Assembly (NCBI GenBank): GCA_965198115.1
Contig: OZ240241.1
Coordinates: forward strand, 288,001 to 352,000
Direction of reading: 5' to 3'
From: Candidatus Latescibacterota bacterium
Lineage (GTDB): Bacteria; Latescibacterota; UBA2968
DNA length: 64,000 nucleotides
In this document: piece by piece, positions 61,776 through 64,000 of the stretch
How positions within the stretch are numbered: the stretch's first letter is position 1
How the letters are laid out: each line of letters begins with the position of its first letter
The notes under the pieces: model-generated
The model's input: only the letters and a program-made list of their open reading frames with translations
What the model was told of the DNA's origin: nothing
The model's database searches: none
Position numbers and translations under genes: made by a program

Positions 61776-61957
61776 GCAAGGCAAGTGGCCGGTCGAGGGG
61801 GAGGAACTTTCATCAGCGCGGTGGCAGACGGGGCGGCCGCGGCCGCCCGCGAAGGTCGTAGTGTGATGTCATTCAGACCAGGAACGATGGTGGGGAATCC
61901 GGGGTCCGACGGTTGGGGTCGTGATCCAGCCGAACACGCGGAGAAAGGACGGCAACG

Positions 61958-62956
61958 ATGGATAAGGTCAGGGTAAAAGAGCAAAAACTCGAGGGAGAGA
62001 TCGTCTCCGTGACGATGACGAGCGACCAGTATGCGCTCACGATGGCGCCACAACTGGGTGGCAAGATCGTGTCGCTCGTGAATCGCAAGACCAAGCGCGA
62101 GGTGCTGTCGAGAACGAACGTGACCTACCGCGAGCGTCGATACGGCGACCCCTTCGAAGACTACGAACGGGATGGTGCGGATGAATGCTTCCCGACGGTC
62201 GGGGGATGCCCGTATCCGGTCTACCCGTGGTCGGGTGTGGAAATACCCGATCACGGTGAAGTCTGGTGCTTGCCGTGGGAGCACGAAGTTCGTCAGGGCA
62301 AACTGCACGGATCGGTTCGCGGTGTTCGTTTGCCCTACCTGTTCGAACGCACGATCAGTTTCGAGACGCTCGCCCGCCACGACAAGCAGTTCATCAGACT
62401 ATCTTACAAAGTGTCGAACGACAGTCCCTACGATATGCCGTTCCTCTACGCATTTCACCCGTTGTTCAAGGCCGAGACGAAGAGCCAGATCCTGTTCCCG
62501 TCCGAGACGAACGTCGTAACGTATTCGAGCAGTGAAGATCGCCTTGGAACGCCGATGACCGAACACCAGTGGCCGCACGTGACGGACTTCACGCTCGACA
62601 AGTCCTACGACCGCAGTGTTGTGCGATCGAGCCGGAACAAGGAGTCGGAAAAGCTGTTCACGACGCCGCTCTCGCAGGGTCGGGCGGCGATGGTCTATCC
62701 GAAGGACGAATACGTGGGGTTCCTGTTCCCGGCCAAGCGGTTCCCCTACCTCGGCTTCTGGGCGAACGAAGGCGACTGGCACGGCCAGCACCAGATCGCG
62801 CTCGAGCCATCGACGTCGCAGGTCGATCGGCTGGACATTGCTGAAGGGTTGAAGACGTGCGGCGTTGTGCCCGCCAACGGGTCGACCGAATGGGATCTGA
62901 GCATGATCCTCGGCAAAGGTCGGGATGAGATGGCTCAGGTTCTGGGCGAGTTCTGA
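61958..62956 (+). CDS. Galactose-mutarotase-like (aldose epimerase superfamily) protein
   Basis: PQLGGKIVSL, DECFPT, PDHGEVW, FHP, YLGFWAN and ALEP. Confidence 0.75.
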   Translation: MDKVRVKEQKLEGEIVSVTMTSDQYALTMAPQLGGKIVSLVNRKTKREVLSRTNVTYRERRYGDPFEDYERDGADECFPTVGGCPYPVYPWSGVEIPDHGEVWCLPWEHEVRQGKLHGSVRGVRLPYLFERTISFETLARHDKQFIRLSYKVSNDSPYDMPFLYAFHPLFKAETKSQILFPSETNVVTYSSSEDRLGTPMTEHQWPHVTDFTLDKSYDRSVVRSSRNKESEKLFTTPLSQGRAAMVYPKDEYVGFLFPAKRFPYLGFWANEGDWHGQHQIALEPSTSQVDRLDIAEGLKTCGVVPANGSTEWDLSMILGKGRDEMAQVLGEF

Positions 62957-62987
62957 CAGGATTGGCGTAAGACGCGTGAGACCCATT

Positions 62988-64000
62988 ATGACACGATGGT
63001 GCGCAGGGCTTGGCTTGACGGCCCTCGTGTTTCTGGCCGCTCCCGGTTGGGCCCAGGACACGCTCGTGCTGCTGTCCCCGCACTCCGACGAGATCCAGAA
63101 CGAGTTCACGGCTGCGTTCGAGGGCCACTACGAGCGCGAGACGGGCCGTGAGATCTCGCTCGAGTGGCTCGACGTGGGGGGCGGGACCAGCTCGATCATG
63201 CGCTACATCAAGGGTGAGTTCGGCCGGTCGCCCGAAGGCATCGAGATCGATCTGTTTTTCGGGGGCGGCCTGGACCCCTACACCGAGCTGGCCGAGATGG
63301 GACTGTTCGAGACCTACCGACTCCCTCGGGAAATCCTGGATCGCGTGCCTGCCGTCATCGGTGGGGGCATTCCGGTTTACGATGCGGGGCACCGCTGGTA
63401 TGGGGCCACGCTCGCCGGCTTCGGCATTGTTTACAACCGGAAGGTGCTGGACATCCTCGGTTTCCCCGTGCCCGACACCTGGGCAGAGCTGGGGAATCCT
63501 AAATATCAGTCGTGGGTGGGTTCGGGAGACCCGCGCTTTTCGGGCAGCGTCCACATGGCCTATGAACTGATCATCCAGGCTTACGGCTGGGAAAAGGGTT
63601 GGGAAGTGATCACGCGAATGGGGGCGAACGTCCGGAACTTCGGCGCGAGCGGGAGTGCGGCCCCCAAGGACGTGGCGGTAGGGGAAGTGGCCTACGGGCT
63701 GTCGATCGATTTCTACGCCTGGGCCCAGATGACCGAGGTGGGCGAGGCGTTTGTCGGTTTTACGATGCCCGACAACATGACGATCGTCAACCCCGATGGT
63801 CTGGGGATCCTCAAGGGGGCGCCTAATCCAGAGGGTGCGAGAGCGTTCGTCCGATTCGTCATGTCGGAACCCGGCCAGAAGCTTTGGTTTTTAAAACAGG
63901 GTGTGCCCGGCGGCCCGGTGAGCGACCAGCTGAACCGTTTTACGGTCGTTCCCGACCTGTATGAAGCGTATCGCGATCAAGCCGCGGTGACGCTCAATCC
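62988..64000 (+). CDS. ABC transporter substrate-binding protein (Fe3+/AfuA-like), truncated by window end
   Basis: Manual translation MTRWCAGLGLTALVFLAAPGWAQDTLVLLSPH...DLFFGGG...GFGIVYN...GDPRFSGS; open to the end of the window. Confidence 0.85.
   Translation, partial: MTRWCAGLGLTALVFLAAPGWAQDTLVLLSPHSDEIQNEFTAAFEGHYERETGREISLEWLDVGGGTSSIMRYIKGEFGRSPEGIEIDLFFGGGLDPYTELAEMGLFETYRLPREILDRVPAVIGGGIPVYDAGHRWYGATLAGFGIVYNRKVLDILGFPVPDTWAELGNPKYQSWVGSGDPRFSGSVHMAYELIIQAYGWEKGWEVITRMGANVRNFGASGSAAPKDVAVGEVAYGLSIDFYAWAQMTEVGEAFVGFTMPDNMTIVNPDGLGILKGAPNPEGARAFVRFVMSEPGQKLWFLKQGVPGGPVSDQLNRFTVVPDLYEAYRDQAAVTLN

Overview
This is a GC-rich bacterial chromosomal window. Gene content (sulfatase, several PhyH dioxygenases, a dockerin/EF-hand-like secreted protein, a propeller sensor kinase) suggests a Latescibacterota-like uncultured lineage; that is inference only. 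Bases 1-36.5 kb are an accessory, IS-scarred catabolic region. It holds a flagellin, a propeller histidine kinase, pseudogene fragments, two IS256 copies (one nested in an ISAzo13), one IS630 and two ISL3 copies, all with mappable ends and target duplications. It also holds mmsA, a sulfatase, a DMFase-like protein, four PhyH-family genes, purO-like, an enolase-superfamily gene and udk. Bases 36.5-64 kb are more core: thyA-folA-rimO, a FolC/ATP-grasp fusion, OmpA, a GH106-like protein, mocA-ubiD, BlaI, an ABC transporter, an adenylate cyclase and a DEAD-box helicase. About 15 small indels or nonsense changes suggest residual long-read error, so single-lesion pseudogene calls are tentative. Main leads: a FolC-ATP-grasp fusion beside thyA/folA; three PhyH enzymes with HGG instead of HxD (halogenase-like); nested REP-like elements inserted in-frame in the sensor kinase; a hidden double-McsA-zinc-ribbon gene broken by an exact 23-bp duplication, heading an operon with a membrane-anchored receiver and a degenerate GH106; a four-unit repeat array upstream of a tail-anchored BlaI; and a sigma28-type promoter driving an unknown FlgM-motif protein. 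No rRNA, tRNA or CRISPR-cas was seen.
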